A DNA stretch of 57,121 nucleotides, from positions 283,942 to 341,062 of the forward strand of contig JBAYGS010000001.1 in assembly GCA_041666545.1 (NCBI GenBank), in the 5' to 3' direction. A model generated the notes under the pieces. The model did no database searches. It worked only from the letters and a program-made list of their open reading frames with translations, and was not told where the DNA came from. Below are positions 14,186 to 23,799 of this stretch, piece by piece; position 1 is the first letter of the stretch, and every line of letters starts with the position of its first letter. The translations under genes were made by a program, and so were the position numbers. The DNA is from Minisyncoccota bacterium. GTDB taxonomy: Bacteria > Patescibacteriota > Minisyncoccia > Phycocordibacterales > JBAYGS01.

Positions 14186-16036
14186 TTACTTCTTCGGAGG
14201 CTCTGCCCCTGCTTCAGCCTGAACGGGCTTCGCCGGAACAGCGGCCAGAGCACTAGTCTCGATCATCTTGAGCAATCCATCCGGATTGAGCTTCAAGAAG
14301 CTGAGCAGAGCTGTCGGATCAATACCGCGGGCTTGCAACCCCACAATAAAGTCCGTGACCAACCCGGGAACCATGTTCCCAAGGTTGGCGATACCGGTCT
14401 TGGCAGTGTTGCCACCGCCAAGGTCGACAATCTTCACCGAATCGATCGCGCCAATCGCATTTCCGATCGGACCAAAGACTTCCTTGGCGATCTGTGCGCC
14501 AGCGGTTCCAGCCTTATCCAAGAGAAGCGGCAGACGATCCAGAATCAGGATCAGCTTGCCTTGTTCCGAGAGCTGCTGCAGAGCTTGCGCCAACTTCTCC
14601 GTACCTTCCGCTTCGGCGAGCAGATACTTCTGCTTACCGTGCGCCGTGGCCAAAAGCGATCGCTCCTGACCTTCCGCTTCGGCGAGCAAAAACCGCTTGC
14701 GACCCTCGGCCTGGGCATTCAGCTTGGCACCTTCGCCCTCAGCTTCGGCCAACTTGGACGCCTTAGCACCTTCGGCCGCTGCCAAAAGTATGGCTTTATC
14801 GCCCTCGGCCTTCGCCACCATGGTTTTCCGGGTAGCTTCCGCTTCAGCTTCCGCTGTAACCAGTCGCTTCTGAGCTTCACCTTCGCCCGTTTTGATCGCG
14901 GCATTTTTCAGACCTTCGGCCACAACCGCGGCTCTTTGAGCATCAATCGTCGCAACCTGATTGCGCGTATCGGCTTCAACCTGTTCAGCTTGGCGTTTGC
15001 CTTCAGCTGCAATCTTCAGCGCCCGAGCATGGACTTCGGCTTCCACAATAACCGTGGCCTCCAACTCTTTCTGCCTACGCCGAGCTTCCATTTCTTGCAC
15101 CTTGGCCTGCGCTTCCGCCGCCGCAGTGTCGCGCGTAGCTTCCTGCAACTTGACCAGTCTTTGTTGATCAGCGTTAGCAATCGCGAATGAAGCATCTGCC
15201 TCAGCCTTCTTGGCTTGAGTTTCCTTGGTGAACTGTGCCACCTGGATGTCACGGTTCTTCTCGGCTTCCTTCACCATCGCATCATTAGCGGCCACTGCCT
15301 GCGCCGCATCACGACTGGCATTGCTGGTCTTGATGGCGGTTTCCCGTTCAGCTTCAGCCACCGCGATGTTTGCATCGCGCTTGGTACCTGCGACAGCTTG
15401 ACGACCGAGGGCCTCAATGTAACCCTCTTTATCCTCAATATCCTGAATAACCAAAGTCAAGATCTTGATGCCCATCCGAGACAGTTCAGTTGAACATTCG
15501 TGTACAACCATCTCGTTGAACTTCGCCCGTTCGCGCAGGAGCTCCTCAACTTCCAACCCACCAATGATCGACCTCAAGTGACCCCTAAGGATCGATTGGA
15601 TCTGATCGCGCATCTCCTGTTCGTTATTGAGAAAGAGCTGGACCGCCGTCGTTTGCTCTTCTGCCGTCGCCGAAATCCGGCAAACGGCCACGCCGTTGAC
15701 CCGGACTCGTACATTTTTCTTGGTCGGGATATCTTCTTCCGAGATTCCGATCTTGAATGACTCGGTTGACATCTCGGCGTAAGCTTCCACGATTGGCATC
15801 ACGAAGACGCCGCCGCCCGTGACCAGACGAAAACCGACTTCAGATTTTGTACCGTCATTGGCCGTCTGAATGCGCTTCCGTCCATAGATTACGCCGATTG
15901 CATTCGGCGGGATCCGTTTGTAGCGCTTGGTCATTGCCCAAACGACAAAGAGGATTCCGACAAACAGTACGACGATAAATCCTGGAACGATTGCCTGGCC
16001 CAAGTTAATCTCCGCGATCATTTGTTGCATTTGCAT
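14186..16036 (-). CDS. Flotillin-like SPFH/band-7 protein with a long Ala/Glu-rich coiled coil
   Basis: An N-terminal TM segment is followed by an SPFH core (RVRVNGVAVCRI...ILTLVIQDIEDKEGYIEALGRQ). AEAEGxxK repeats then follow. Confidence 0.85.
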   Translation of the reverse strand: MQMQQMIAEINLGQAIVPGFIVVLFVGILFVVWAMTKRYKRIPPNAIGVIYGRKRIQTANDGTKSEVGFRLVTGGGVFVMPIVEAYAEMSTESFKIGISEEDIPTKKNVRVRVNGVAVCRISATAEEQTTAVQLFLNNEQEMRDQIQSILRGHLRSIIGGLEVEELLRERAKFNEMVVHECSTELSRMGIKILTLVIQDIEDKEGYIEALGRQAVAGTKRDANIAVAEAERETAIKTSNASRDAAQAVAANDAMVKEAEKNRDIQVAQFTKETQAKKAEADASFAIANADQQRLVKLQEATRDTAAAEAQAKVQEMEARRRQKELEATVIVEAEVHARALKIAAEGKRQAEQVEADTRNQVATIDAQRAAVVAEGLKNAAIKTGEGEAQKRLVTAEAEAEATRKTMVAKAEGDKAILLAAAEGAKASKLAEAEGEGAKLNAQAEGRKRFLLAEAEGQERSLLATAHGKQKYLLAEAEGTEKLAQALQQLSEQGKLILILDRLPLLLDKAGTAGAQIAKEVFGPIGNAIGAIDSVKIVDLGGGNTAKTGIANLGNMVPGLVTDFIVGLQARGIDPTALLSFLKLNPDGLLKMIETSALAAVPAKPVQAEAGAEPPKK

Positions 16037-16095
16037 ACTTTCTTTCTTCCTTTTCTTTTCTGGTTTGACTTGCTGATTTTCCGACTCTCTCGACC

Positions 16096-16704
16096 CTAGG
16101 CCGAGACACTTTTCCGGACAGTCACTCGACCGCCTAGATCCTGAACGACGATGATTGTTGAACCGGCGTCAATCGAATTGCCGTCGACCGACGAAGCGGT
16201 AAACTGAACAATTTGACCGCCGACCGGGACATTGATCTCGCCAATACCTTGACCACGAATTGCTGTCACAACCGTACCGGTCTTACCAACAACCTGGCCG
16301 GGCCTGAGCGACGAGTTGGCTTGTTGTTTGTACATTACATAGCCAACAAAGTAAGCCAGGACGGCCATCACTATGCCGGCAGTTATGCCAAAAGCAGACG
16401 CCCAAAGCACCGAAGCGCCATAGGCCGTCACCATCGCACCAACCGAGCCGAAACCCAGCATAAACGCGAAGACGACTCGAGGCGAAAGAAAAGACGGCGC
16501 TCCGCCGTGTTCTCCGCCACTGTCTGCATCGTGACTCATGTCATGACCGCCCACATCTGCATCATGATCGACATCGTGGTCACCGCCAAAAATGGCGGCT
16601 ACACCAAGAGCAATCAGACCGCAAACGGCGAGCGCCGCAAATACCAAAAACTGTGTGGTGCCTAGCACTGCACTAGTAATACCCACCGCCAAGAGTGCTG
16701 TCAT
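16096..16704 (-). CDS. NfeD-family membrane protein with a His/Asp-rich loop
   Basis: TM helices plus a C-terminal OB-like segment (GKTGTVVTAIRGQGIGEINVPVGGQIVQFTA). This is the classic NfeD-flotillin gene pair. Confidence 0.75.
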   Translation of the reverse strand: MTALLAVGITSAVLGTTQFLVFAALAVCGLIALGVAAIFGGDHDVDHDADVGGHDMSHDADSGGEHGGAPSFLSPRVVFAFMLGFGSVGAMVTAYGASVLWASAFGITAGIVMAVLAYFVGYVMYKQQANSSLRPGQVVGKTGTVVTAIRGQGIGEINVPVGGQIVQFTASSVDGNSIDAGSTIIVVQDLGGRVTVRKSVSA

Positions 16705-16849
16705 ATTTCTACCTTTCTTTCATTGTTTCTAACTGTTTTTTCCAGTGTCAAAGGACACTTTTCCTGATACTAAAATACAGATTTTTGTTTAAAAGTCAAG
16801 TGTACACCCTCCTATTGTTGTGTTGAAAAATAATAGACTTTTCTGCATT

Positions 16850-16873
16850 AAAAAACCGCGAGCGAACTCGCGG
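16850..16873 (-). terminator. Terminator after ORF 16880-17608
   Basis: CCGCGAG CGAA CTCGCGG, then TTTTTT on the minus strand. Confidence 0.6.
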
Positions 16874-16879
16874 CGTTTG

Positions 16880-17608
16880 TCAGAACAACTGGATGAGCCG
16901 GTTATACTGGCTCGGATCCGGATCCGTCTGTCCGAGGTCTCGGATTGCCGAAATGGCTTGCCGAAATGACAGATTTGTTTTGCCGGAACCTACCTCCATA
17001 CTCAGGTCGATTGGCGACTCCAGGAACCTGCCGTAGGTGACAGCCAAATTGGCATCATGACGGACCAACTGCTCGAGTGCCCCGATCAAATAGACTCGGT
17101 GCGAAGACTGACCGTTACTACGCATCAGACCCCACAGCTCAAGGGCTTCGCGCCATTCGGGCACCCCGAGCGTCTTGATTATATTGCCAGCATCGGCAGT
17201 CTCTTTGGCTGTCTCGCGCAACCTGGTACCATCATCAAGAGAGGCTAGAAAACCGTGCTGATAGTGCAGACCACCCTCATCCCCTTTCCGTACCAAAGAC
17301 AAGAACGGCTGCTCGATTTGAATCGGTTGATTGTTGTGATCGGCGATCGTGGCGAACTGAAAGCCAGTGCACCTTTCATGAACTACTCGGCCCCTCACAA
17401 TTACGCTCGCCAGTTCATAAATTGAACTGCCGGCCGTATCCGTCTTCGTTGGAAACCTCCACGAAAAGCGGGACAGCTCGGTCGAAACCTCGCTGTAAGT
17501 GTAGGTCAGAAACTGGACTCGATTTGGGTCCGTCTCTCCTTTCTCGCCCCTAAGTCGGCGACAGAGCACAACCATCAGGCCGTAGCCAAAACGGTGGGCA
17601 TTTTCCAT
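16880..17608 (-). CDS. Hypothetical protein (GC-rich insert)
   Basis: ATG 17608 is preferred because GGAAAGGA lies 8 nt upstream. No family recognised. Confidence 0.5.
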   Translation of the reverse strand: MENAHRFGYGLMVVLCRRLRGEKGETDPNRVQFLTYTYSEVSTELSRFSWRFPTKTDTAGSSIYELASVIVRGRVVHERCTGFQFATIADHNNQPIQIEQPFLSLVRKGDEGGLHYQHGFLASLDDGTRLRETAKETADAGNIIKTLGVPEWREALELWGLMRSNGQSSHRVYLIGALEQLVRHDANLAVTYGRFLESPIDLSMEVGSGKTNLSFRQAISAIRDLGQTDPDPSQYNRLIQLF

Positions 17609-17658
17609 ACATACGTCCTTTCCCCCCACTTTAGACCAAATATTTGGCCTGACATTTC

Positions 17659-18279
17659 TTACCGAAATCTAACATCCTTTAGTAATTTGGTCAAGAAGCT
17701 CCGGCGGTGAATTTCGGACAAGCCGTACTTTTTTAGATTTTGATAATGGAGCCTAGTGCCATAGCCTTTATGAATTTCAAAACCATACTGCGGGAAAATT
17801 TTGGCGTAGCGTCGAAGTTTACTGTCTCGCTTCACTTTGGCCACAATCGAGGCAAGCGCGATAATCGGTTCTTTACGATCACCGCCGATTATCGTCTGCT
17901 GATTAATATATTGAGCTGGCGCTTTAATCCCCCCATCGAGCAAAATCTGGGACCGCAACTCATCCGCGCCGATTTTTTTTAGCGACCGAGCAATCGCCAA
18001 GCGGATTGCATAAGCGATCCCTTCGCGGTCGATTACTTTTTCACTGACACACGAGACAGCATACTGACACCGATTTTGCTTGGCCAATTCTTTGACAACC
18101 TTAAACCACTCCTCGCGCCGTTTCGGTGAAAGCATTTTCGAATCTTTTGCCAAGTGCAAAGGTTTCGGCAATTTTTTGCCTCGGCACAAAACCGAAAAAG
18201 CACAGACCGTGACAGGCCCAGCCAAAGGCCCCCTACCCACCTCATCAATTCCGATTAAATTTCGAGCTTGCTTGGCCAT
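17659..18279 (-). CDS. rnhB: Ribonuclease HII
   Basis: IGIDEVGRGPLAGPV and the later DSKMLSPKRRE motifs. Confidence 0.9.
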   Translation of the reverse strand: MAKQARNLIGIDEVGRGPLAGPVTVCAFSVLCRGKKLPKPLHLAKDSKMLSPKRREEWFKVVKELAKQNRCQYAVSCVSEKVIDREGIAYAIRLAIARSLKKIGADELRSQILLDGGIKAPAQYINQQTIIGGDRKEPIIALASIVAKVKRDSKLRRYAKIFPQYGFEIHKGYGTRLHYQNLKKYGLSEIHRRSFLTKLLKDVRFR

Positions 18280-18334
18280 AGTTTAAAGATTCCTTCAATT
18301 ATACAACCGCCTAGCAAGAGGATATAATTTGCTT

Positions 18335-21300
18335 ATGTCCAAGTTTGTCCATCTCCATACCCACTCCCACTATTCCCTCCTTAGCGCTTTGCCGAAAATC
18401 CCGGATTTGGTCGAATCGGCCAAGGCCGATGGTATGGAGGCGCTCGCCCTCACCGACAACGGCAACCTCTATGGAGCGATTGAGTTTTACAAAGAATGTC
18501 AGAAAGCCGGAATAAAAGCGATTGTCGGTGTCGATGCTTATGTTGCAACAAGAACCCGAACCGACAAACAAGCCGGTATCGACAATCGACGAAGTCGTCT
18601 GGTGCTTCTGGCTCAAAATGAAATCGGCTACCGCAATCTTATTAAATTGGTGACCATTTCGCATCTCGAAGGTTTTTATTACAAACCCAGAATCGACCAT
18701 GAATTGATTGAGAAATATCACGAAGGCTTGATCTGTCTGATGCCGTCATTTAGTGGCGAAGTCGCCCAAGCTTTAAAAAACGAAGACGAAGGAAAAGCCG
18801 TCGAGAAAATTGACTTTTACAAAAAAGTTTTTGGCGACCGGCTTTATTTGGAAATCACCCACCATCCGGAGATTGAAAATCATCAAGAGTTGATGAAAAA
18901 ACTGGTAGCCTTTGCCAAAACTCATCAGGTGCCTATCGTGGGCGCTCATGATGTTTACTATCTCTCCCCTGCTGATAAAAAAGCGCGCGACACTTTGCTT
19001 TTGGTAAACACGGCCGGTGACTTAAGCGAGAGATCGGGTCTTTCCAATGAGGCTGAAGATTTTTCTTTCATTAAACAGGCCACGGCCGCCAAATATTTTA
19101 AAAATTTGCCAGAAGCCCTTGAGAACACCGTCAAAATTGCCGAGCGATGCAATCTGACAATCGAACTCGGCAAATGGGTCTTCCCGGATTTCGGTCTACC
19201 TAAAGGCACGACTCCTGACGACGAATTACGGAAAGTGGTTTATGAGGGTTTTGCCCGACGCGGTATCGAAAGGACTTCCCAGATTTTAGAACGAGTTGAG
19301 TACGAACTTAAAGTCATCAAAGACAAGGGCTACTCGCCTTACTTTTTGATTGTCGCCTACCTTTTGGCTTTTGCGAGAACTCATGGCATTCTTTCAAACA
19401 TCAGAGGTTCGGTTTCCGGTTCAATGGTGACTTTCTTGGCTGGCATCACCAACATCAATCCAATTGAATACGAGATTCCATTTGAGAGATTTTTAAATCC
19501 GGACCGACCTTCGGCACCCGATATTGATATGGACTTCGCCGACAACCGCCGGGATGAGATGGTGGAGTACGCCCGAAATCGCTACGGCAAAGATAAGGTC
19601 GCCCAGATTGGAACTTTCGGCACCATGGCCGCGCGCGGCTCGGTCCGCGATGTGGCCCGCGCACTTAGTTTTCCTTACAGCAAGGGCGATGAAATTGCCA
19701 AACTGATTCCCATGGGCTCGCAAGGCTTTCCGATGACCATCGACAAAGCCCTTGAAGATACCAAGGAGCTCAAAGAGCTGTACAAGAAGGATGCCGACAC
19801 CAAAACCATTATCGACATGGCCAGAAAAATTGAAGGTTGTGCCAGACACATCGGGGTGCATGCTGCCGGCGTAGTTATTGCACCAACCGAACTCACCGAT
19901 TTCACTCCCCTCCAATTCGACCCGAAGGGTGAAAATAAAATCATCAGTCAGTATGACATGTACTCCATCGAGGAAGCCGGTCTATTGAAATTCGACTTTT
20001 TGGGCTTAAAAAATCTTTCCATCATTGCCGACGCCATCGACCGAATTGAAAAGATCGACGGGGTCCACATTGAGGTCGACACTATCCCGATCGATGACAA
20101 GAAAACTTTCGAAATGTTGGCGAGGGGCGAAACCGCCGATTTGTTCCAACTAAACGGCGACGGCATGACGCGTTTTCTTAAAGACTTGAAACCTTCCACA
20201 ATTCACGACATCAACGCCATGGTGGCGCTTTACCGACCTGGCCCGATTCAATTTATCCCTCAATACATCGAACGAAAACATAATCGCAAACTGATTAAAT
20301 ATTTGGACCCGGCGCTCGAGCCGATTTTGAATAAAACCTACGGTATCCTGGTTTATCAAGACGACCTTCTCATGATGGCACACAAACTGGCCGGCTATTC
20401 GTGGGGCGAAGTCGACAAATTCCGCAAAGCAGTCGGTAAGAAAATTCCGGCCGAAATGGAGGCCCAAAAAGAAAAATTTATTAAGGGCTGTGTAGCAAAC
20501 AGCAAGTGGCCGGAGAACAAGGCTCGAGAGGTTTGGAAATGGATTGAACCTTTTGCCGCCTACGGTTTCAATAAGGCTCACTCGGTTTCTTATGGCCGAA
20601 TCGCCTATATCACTGCCTATCTCAAAGCTAACTTTGCCGAAATTTATCTCTCTGCCGTCCTCACTGCCGACTCTGGTGATGTTGAAAAAATTGGTCAAAC
20701 TATCGGTGAGTGCAAACGCATCGGTATTCCGGTTCTACCGCCATCAGTCAACGAAAGCTTCAGTCAGTTTACCGTCGTCAAAGGTGACGCCCACCCGTAT
20801 AAAATTCGCTTTGGTTTGGTGACTATCAAAAACTTCGGCCAGGGCATTTCCTCAGCGATCATTGACGAGCGTAAAAAAAATGGTCACTTTAAATCACTGG
20901 CTGATTTCTTGGAGCGAGTCCAGGATAAAAATTTGAACAAAAAATCGCTCGAGGCGCTGATCAAATCCGGTGCCCTCGACGACTTCGGCGAGCGGGGTCA
21001 GATGATGGCCAATTTGGAATTGCTTTTAGCGCACAGTCGAGAAAAATCATTAATGCCGAAAAATCAGGACTCGCTCTTCGGAGTTTCTGGTAGTAGCGCT
21101 TCATCATTAAGGCTGGAAAAAGCCGAGCCGGCGCCGATTGCCGACCGACTGGCTTGGGAAAAAGAGCTCCTCGGACTTTATCTTTCCGGCCACCCACTTG
21201 ATAAGTATCGAGAGATTTTGAATAAGCGAGACATGAGCGTCGCCAAAATAAAAAATCAACCGCGTGAAGGCATCGCCGTTGTTTTGGGCGGACTTATCGA

Positions 21301-21517
21301 GGAAACTCGTCCGATTGCCACCAAAAAAGGCAGCGCCATGATGTTTCTAAAGCTAGCCGACTTGACCGGCAGTATCGAGTGCGTAATTTTCCCGAAAGTC
21401 TTTGAGGAATTTAAGGCCCTGCTTTTGCCAGAAAAGTGTGTAGCCATTAAGGGCAAAATCTCACTTCGCAACGGCGAAGTCAGTGTGATTGCGGATAAAA
21501 TCAAGGAGCTCAAGTAG
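18335..21517 (+). CDS. dnaE: DNA polymerase III alpha subunit
   Basis: The PHP start FVHLHTHSHYSLL is followed by polymerase core motifs through the OB fold. ATG 18335 lies 6 nt after TATAAT 18323-18328. The track start is TTG 18329. Confidence 0.95.
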   Translation: MSKFVHLHTHSHYSLLSALPKIPDLVESAKADGMEALALTDNGNLYGAIEFYKECQKAGIKAIVGVDAYVATRTRTDKQAGIDNRRSRLVLLAQNEIGYRNLIKLVTISHLEGFYYKPRIDHELIEKYHEGLICLMPSFSGEVAQALKNEDEGKAVEKIDFYKKVFGDRLYLEITHHPEIENHQELMKKLVAFAKTHQVPIVGAHDVYYLSPADKKARDTLLLVNTAGDLSERSGLSNEAEDFSFIKQATAAKYFKNLPEALENTVKIAERCNLTIELGKWVFPDFGLPKGTTPDDELRKVVYEGFARRGIERTSQILERVEYELKVIKDKGYSPYFLIVAYLLAFARTHGILSNIRGSVSGSMVTFLAGITNINPIEYEIPFERFLNPDRPSAPDIDMDFADNRRDEMVEYARNRYGKDKVAQIGTFGTMAARGSVRDVARALSFPYSKGDEIAKLIPMGSQGFPMTIDKALEDTKELKELYKKDADTKTIIDMARKIEGCARHIGVHAAGVVIAPTELTDFTPLQFDPKGENKIISQYDMYSIEEAGLLKFDFLGLKNLSIIADAIDRIEKIDGVHIEVDTIPIDDKKTFEMLARGETADLFQLNGDGMTRFLKDLKPSTIHDINAMVALYRPGPIQFIPQYIERKHNRKLIKYLDPALEPILNKTYGILVYQDDLLMMAHKLAGYSWGEVDKFRKAVGKKIPAEMEAQKEKFIKGCVANSKWPENKAREVWKWIEPFAAYGFNKAHSVSYGRIAYITAYLKANFAEIYLSAVLTADSGDVEKIGQTIGECKRIGIPVLPPSVNESFSQFTVVKGDAHPYKIRFGLVTIKNFGQGISSAIIDERKKNGHFKSLADFLERVQDKNLNKKSLEALIKSGALDDFGERGQMMANLELLLAHSREKSLMPKNQDSLFGVSGSSASSLRLEKAEPAPIADRLAWEKELLGLYLSGHPLDKYREILNKRDMSVAKIKNQPREGIAVVLGGLIEETRPIATKKGSAMMFLKLADLTGSIECVIFPKVFEEFKALLLPEKCVAIKGKISLRNGEVSVIADKIKELK

Positions 21518-21522
21518 GATGA

Positions 21523-21551
21523 TTGACAATATCTCAATCTAGTGCTAGTTT
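21523..21551 (+). promoter_or_regulatory. Promoter of the asparaginase gene
   Basis: TTGACA (21523-21528), 17-nt spacer, TAGTTT (21546-21551). A GAAGGG SD follows. Confidence 0.5.
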
Positions 21552-21583
21552 TCAAATCAGAACCTTAACGAAGGGCTGTGCCT

Positions 21584-22669
21584 ATGAAAAAAATTCTGAT
21601 ACTCGGCTGTGGCGGAACCATCGCCATGGTCCCCGACCCCAAAAGTGGAGTCTTGAAACCGGCCAAAACTGTTGAAGACATCGCCACGCTCGTGCCAACA
21701 CTGAAGGAAAGTGCTGACATCACGCTTGAACAGTTACTCAATATCGACAGCACCAACATGAACCCGGGCCACTGGGCGAAAATCTCCATGGTCCTCGCCG
21801 AGCGGGTCTGCCAATATGACGGCATCATCGTCACCCACGGCACCGACACGATGGCTTACACCGCCACCGCAGTTTCAATGGCGATTGGCAACAATCCGCC
21901 AACTCCAATCGTGTTTACCGGTTCCCAATTGCCACTAGTGGCTTTTGGAACCGATGCACGGTTTAACTTGGAGAATGCCATGAAGACGGTAATTGAGGCG
22001 GCAAGGCTTAGCGTTAACGAAGTCATGATTGTTTTCCACGATCGAGTCTTGAGAGGGACTCGGACAATCAAAACGAGTGAAGCAAAATTTACCGCTTTCG
22101 ATTCGCCGGCTTTCGACGAGTTGGCTCAAATCAACGCCATTGGCGTTGCCTTCAATCAGCAAGTTCACAAGAAGACTGCTGAAAGCAAGATTGTTCTGAA
22201 GCCACACTTTCAGCGCGGCATTTTGACGGTCGATCTGGTACCAGGTATTGAGCCGAGTATCCTGAGCGCCGTGATGGACTCAGGAACCTGCCAAGGATTG
22301 CTTTTGAAGTCTCTCGGCTCCGGCAATGTGCCAAGCTTGGACGATTTCTCAATCATTCCGATTATCAAAAAGGCCGCGTCCTTATCAATCCCTGTTCTCG
22401 TTTCGACAAAATTCGTCGGCGGTAACACGCACATGAATACCTACGAACCAGGGAAGGAAGCTCTGGCCGCCGGTGCCATCGGTACTTTGGATATGACCGA
22501 TGTCGCCGCCCAGGTCAAGTTGATGTGGGCACTCGCTCAAGGCTATCGCTCGCCGGAAGCGCTCAAAGCGATAATTGAGACCAGCCTGGTCGGTGAAGTG
22601 ACCGCCCCGGAAGCTGCAGAGGTCAGTCCCCTGATCAACACGGTTGTTGGGGGTAGCTTCAAAATGTGA
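21584..22669 (+). CDS. Type I L-asparaginase family protein
   Basis: ILGCGGTIAM and HGTDTMAYTA catalytic motifs. The start is ATG 21584 or GTG 21578. Confidence 0.8.
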   Translation: MKKILILGCGGTIAMVPDPKSGVLKPAKTVEDIATLVPTLKESADITLEQLLNIDSTNMNPGHWAKISMVLAERVCQYDGIIVTHGTDTMAYTATAVSMAIGNNPPTPIVFTGSQLPLVAFGTDARFNLENAMKTVIEAARLSVNEVMIVFHDRVLRGTRTIKTSEAKFTAFDSPAFDELAQINAIGVAFNQQVHKKTAESKIVLKPHFQRGILTVDLVPGIEPSILSAVMDSGTCQGLLLKSLGSGNVPSLDDFSIIPIIKKAASLSIPVLVSTKFVGGNTHMNTYEPGKEALAAGAIGTLDMTDVAAQVKLMWALAQGYRSPEALKAIIETSLVGEVTAPEAAEVSPLINTVVGGSFKM

Positions 22670-22717
22670 ACAACCAAACCATGCCCGCGCGCGATTCTAA
22701 CCAAGTAAACCTGAACG

Positions 22718-22742
22718 AAACCCAGCCCCCGGCTGGGTTTTT
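22718..22742 (+). terminator. Terminator after the asparaginase gene
   Basis: AAA CCCAGCC CCC GGCTGGG TTTTT. Confidence 0.65.
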
Positions 22743-22905
22743 AATATAAATGACCTCCCCTCCCCGGCCTCCGCCAAGCATCCGACCGGGGTTTCCTTTC
22801 AAGGCATCAGAATGATTACGGCTTAGCACATCAGAATGCGCTAAGCCGTTATCCATTCAGCCCCGCCCTAGAGGCGGAAGAGTCGGGCGGGGTTTCCTGG
22901 GTATG

Positions 22906-22936
22906 AAAAAGCCGACAACTCGTAAAAGTTGCCGGC
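22906..22936 (-). terminator. Terminator after ORF 22950-23438
   Basis: GCCGACAACT / AGTTGCCGGC pairs at 9 of 10 positions, then TTTTT on the minus strand. Confidence 0.5.
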
Positions 22937-22949
22937 ATCTGCTAAAGCG

Positions 22950-23438
22950 TTAACCACCTAAGGCCATGAGACATGCCCGCCGTCTTGCAATGCGATCAAG
23001 AGTTGGGTAACAGAAGTAAGGTCTCCCTTCAACCGTGAACAGCGAAAGTATCGCTTTCTTGCCGGTCCAGGTCTGAACACGGCATGTCGGAAAGAGAACT
23101 CCGCCACCACAATTCGGAATAGCCAGTCTGTCCAATGACAGCTGATCTTTCAGTGAAGATGGGATAAGTTCTGGATGATCGTGCATGACCACTGCAAGGT
23201 ATGGGTGGACCAATGGCATTCCATCGAGGAAGGGTGGCAACCGTTGAATATCGAAAGTCTCTCCAGCTTCAAGTTGCCATGACGGCACATAGGCAATTAT
23301 CTTGTTACCATCCATTACCAAATCCCCGTTCACCATTTCAACAGAAACAGCCTTGTTACCAGGCGGCAGGCTTGTGATGCAACCTCCACCTTCTGCTAAA
23401 TCCAATTCTGGCACTACACTGAAGTCAAAGACTGGCAT
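22950..23438 (-). CDS. Hypothetical protein (GC-rich insert)
   Basis: ATG 23438 has GAAAGGA 4 nt upstream. The promoter is TTGACA (23498-23493), 16-nt spacer, TATTCT (23476-23471). Confidence 0.5.
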   Translation of the reverse strand: MPVFDFSVVPELDLAEGGGCITSLPPGNKAVSVEMVNGDLVMDGNKIIAYVPSWQLEAGETFDIQRLPPFLDGMPLVHPYLAVVMHDHPELIPSSLKDQLSLDRLAIPNCGGGVLFPTCRVQTWTGKKAILSLFTVEGRPYFCYPTLDRIARRRACLMALGG

Positions 23439-23574
23439 AGAATCCTTTCTCACTTGTTTTATCTACACTTAGAATACACATGAAAACCACAATGTCAATA
23501 TCCATTCGCTTTTTAATTACCTTAATTGATACTTGAATTTTGAAATGGTAGACTCTGATTAGAAAGGTAAGCTT

Positions 23575-23745
23575 ATGAGAAGAACCCACAAGCACATAGT
23601 TTCCCCGGCAACGGCGACTCAAATCTGTTGTGATCTTGGCATCAAGAAGTCAGATTTCCCGAAAACTCTCCGAGCACTGAAAAAGTCAGGACGGCAAAGA
23701 AAACCTGGAGACAGTCGCCCGAAGCCCGATGGGCGAAAGACATAA
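23575..23745 (+). CDS. Small basic protein, 56 aa (below the ORF-track cutoff)
   Basis: The product is MRRTHKHIVSPATATQICCDLGIKKSDFPKTLRALKKSGRQRKPGDSRPKPDGRKT. The promoter is TTGATA (23526-23531), 17-nt spacer, TAGACT (23549-23554). The SD GAAAGG and its own terminator are also present. Confidence 0.4.
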   Translation: MRRTHKHIVSPATATQICCDLGIKKSDFPKTLRALKKSGRQRKPGDSRPKPDGRKT

Positions 23746-23750
23746 TCAGG

Positions 23751-23781
23751 CCCGCAAGCGCCAAGCGCTTGCGGGATTTTT
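23751..23781 (+). terminator. Terminator after the small basic ORF
   Basis: CCCGCAAGCGC CAA GCGCTTGCGGG ATTTTT. Confidence 0.6.
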
Positions 23782-23799
23782 AATTAGCGATAGAATTAA

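Noticed and set aside
14129-15190. 353-aa plus-strand ORF, and several other long ORFs overlapping the flotillin gene.
   Set aside because: This is GC-rich DNA, which gives long open frames on both strands. The minus-strand frame has clear SPFH/flotillin homology, an SD and a terminator. The plus-strand product is low-complexity (R/S/L/Q-rich) and has no signals.
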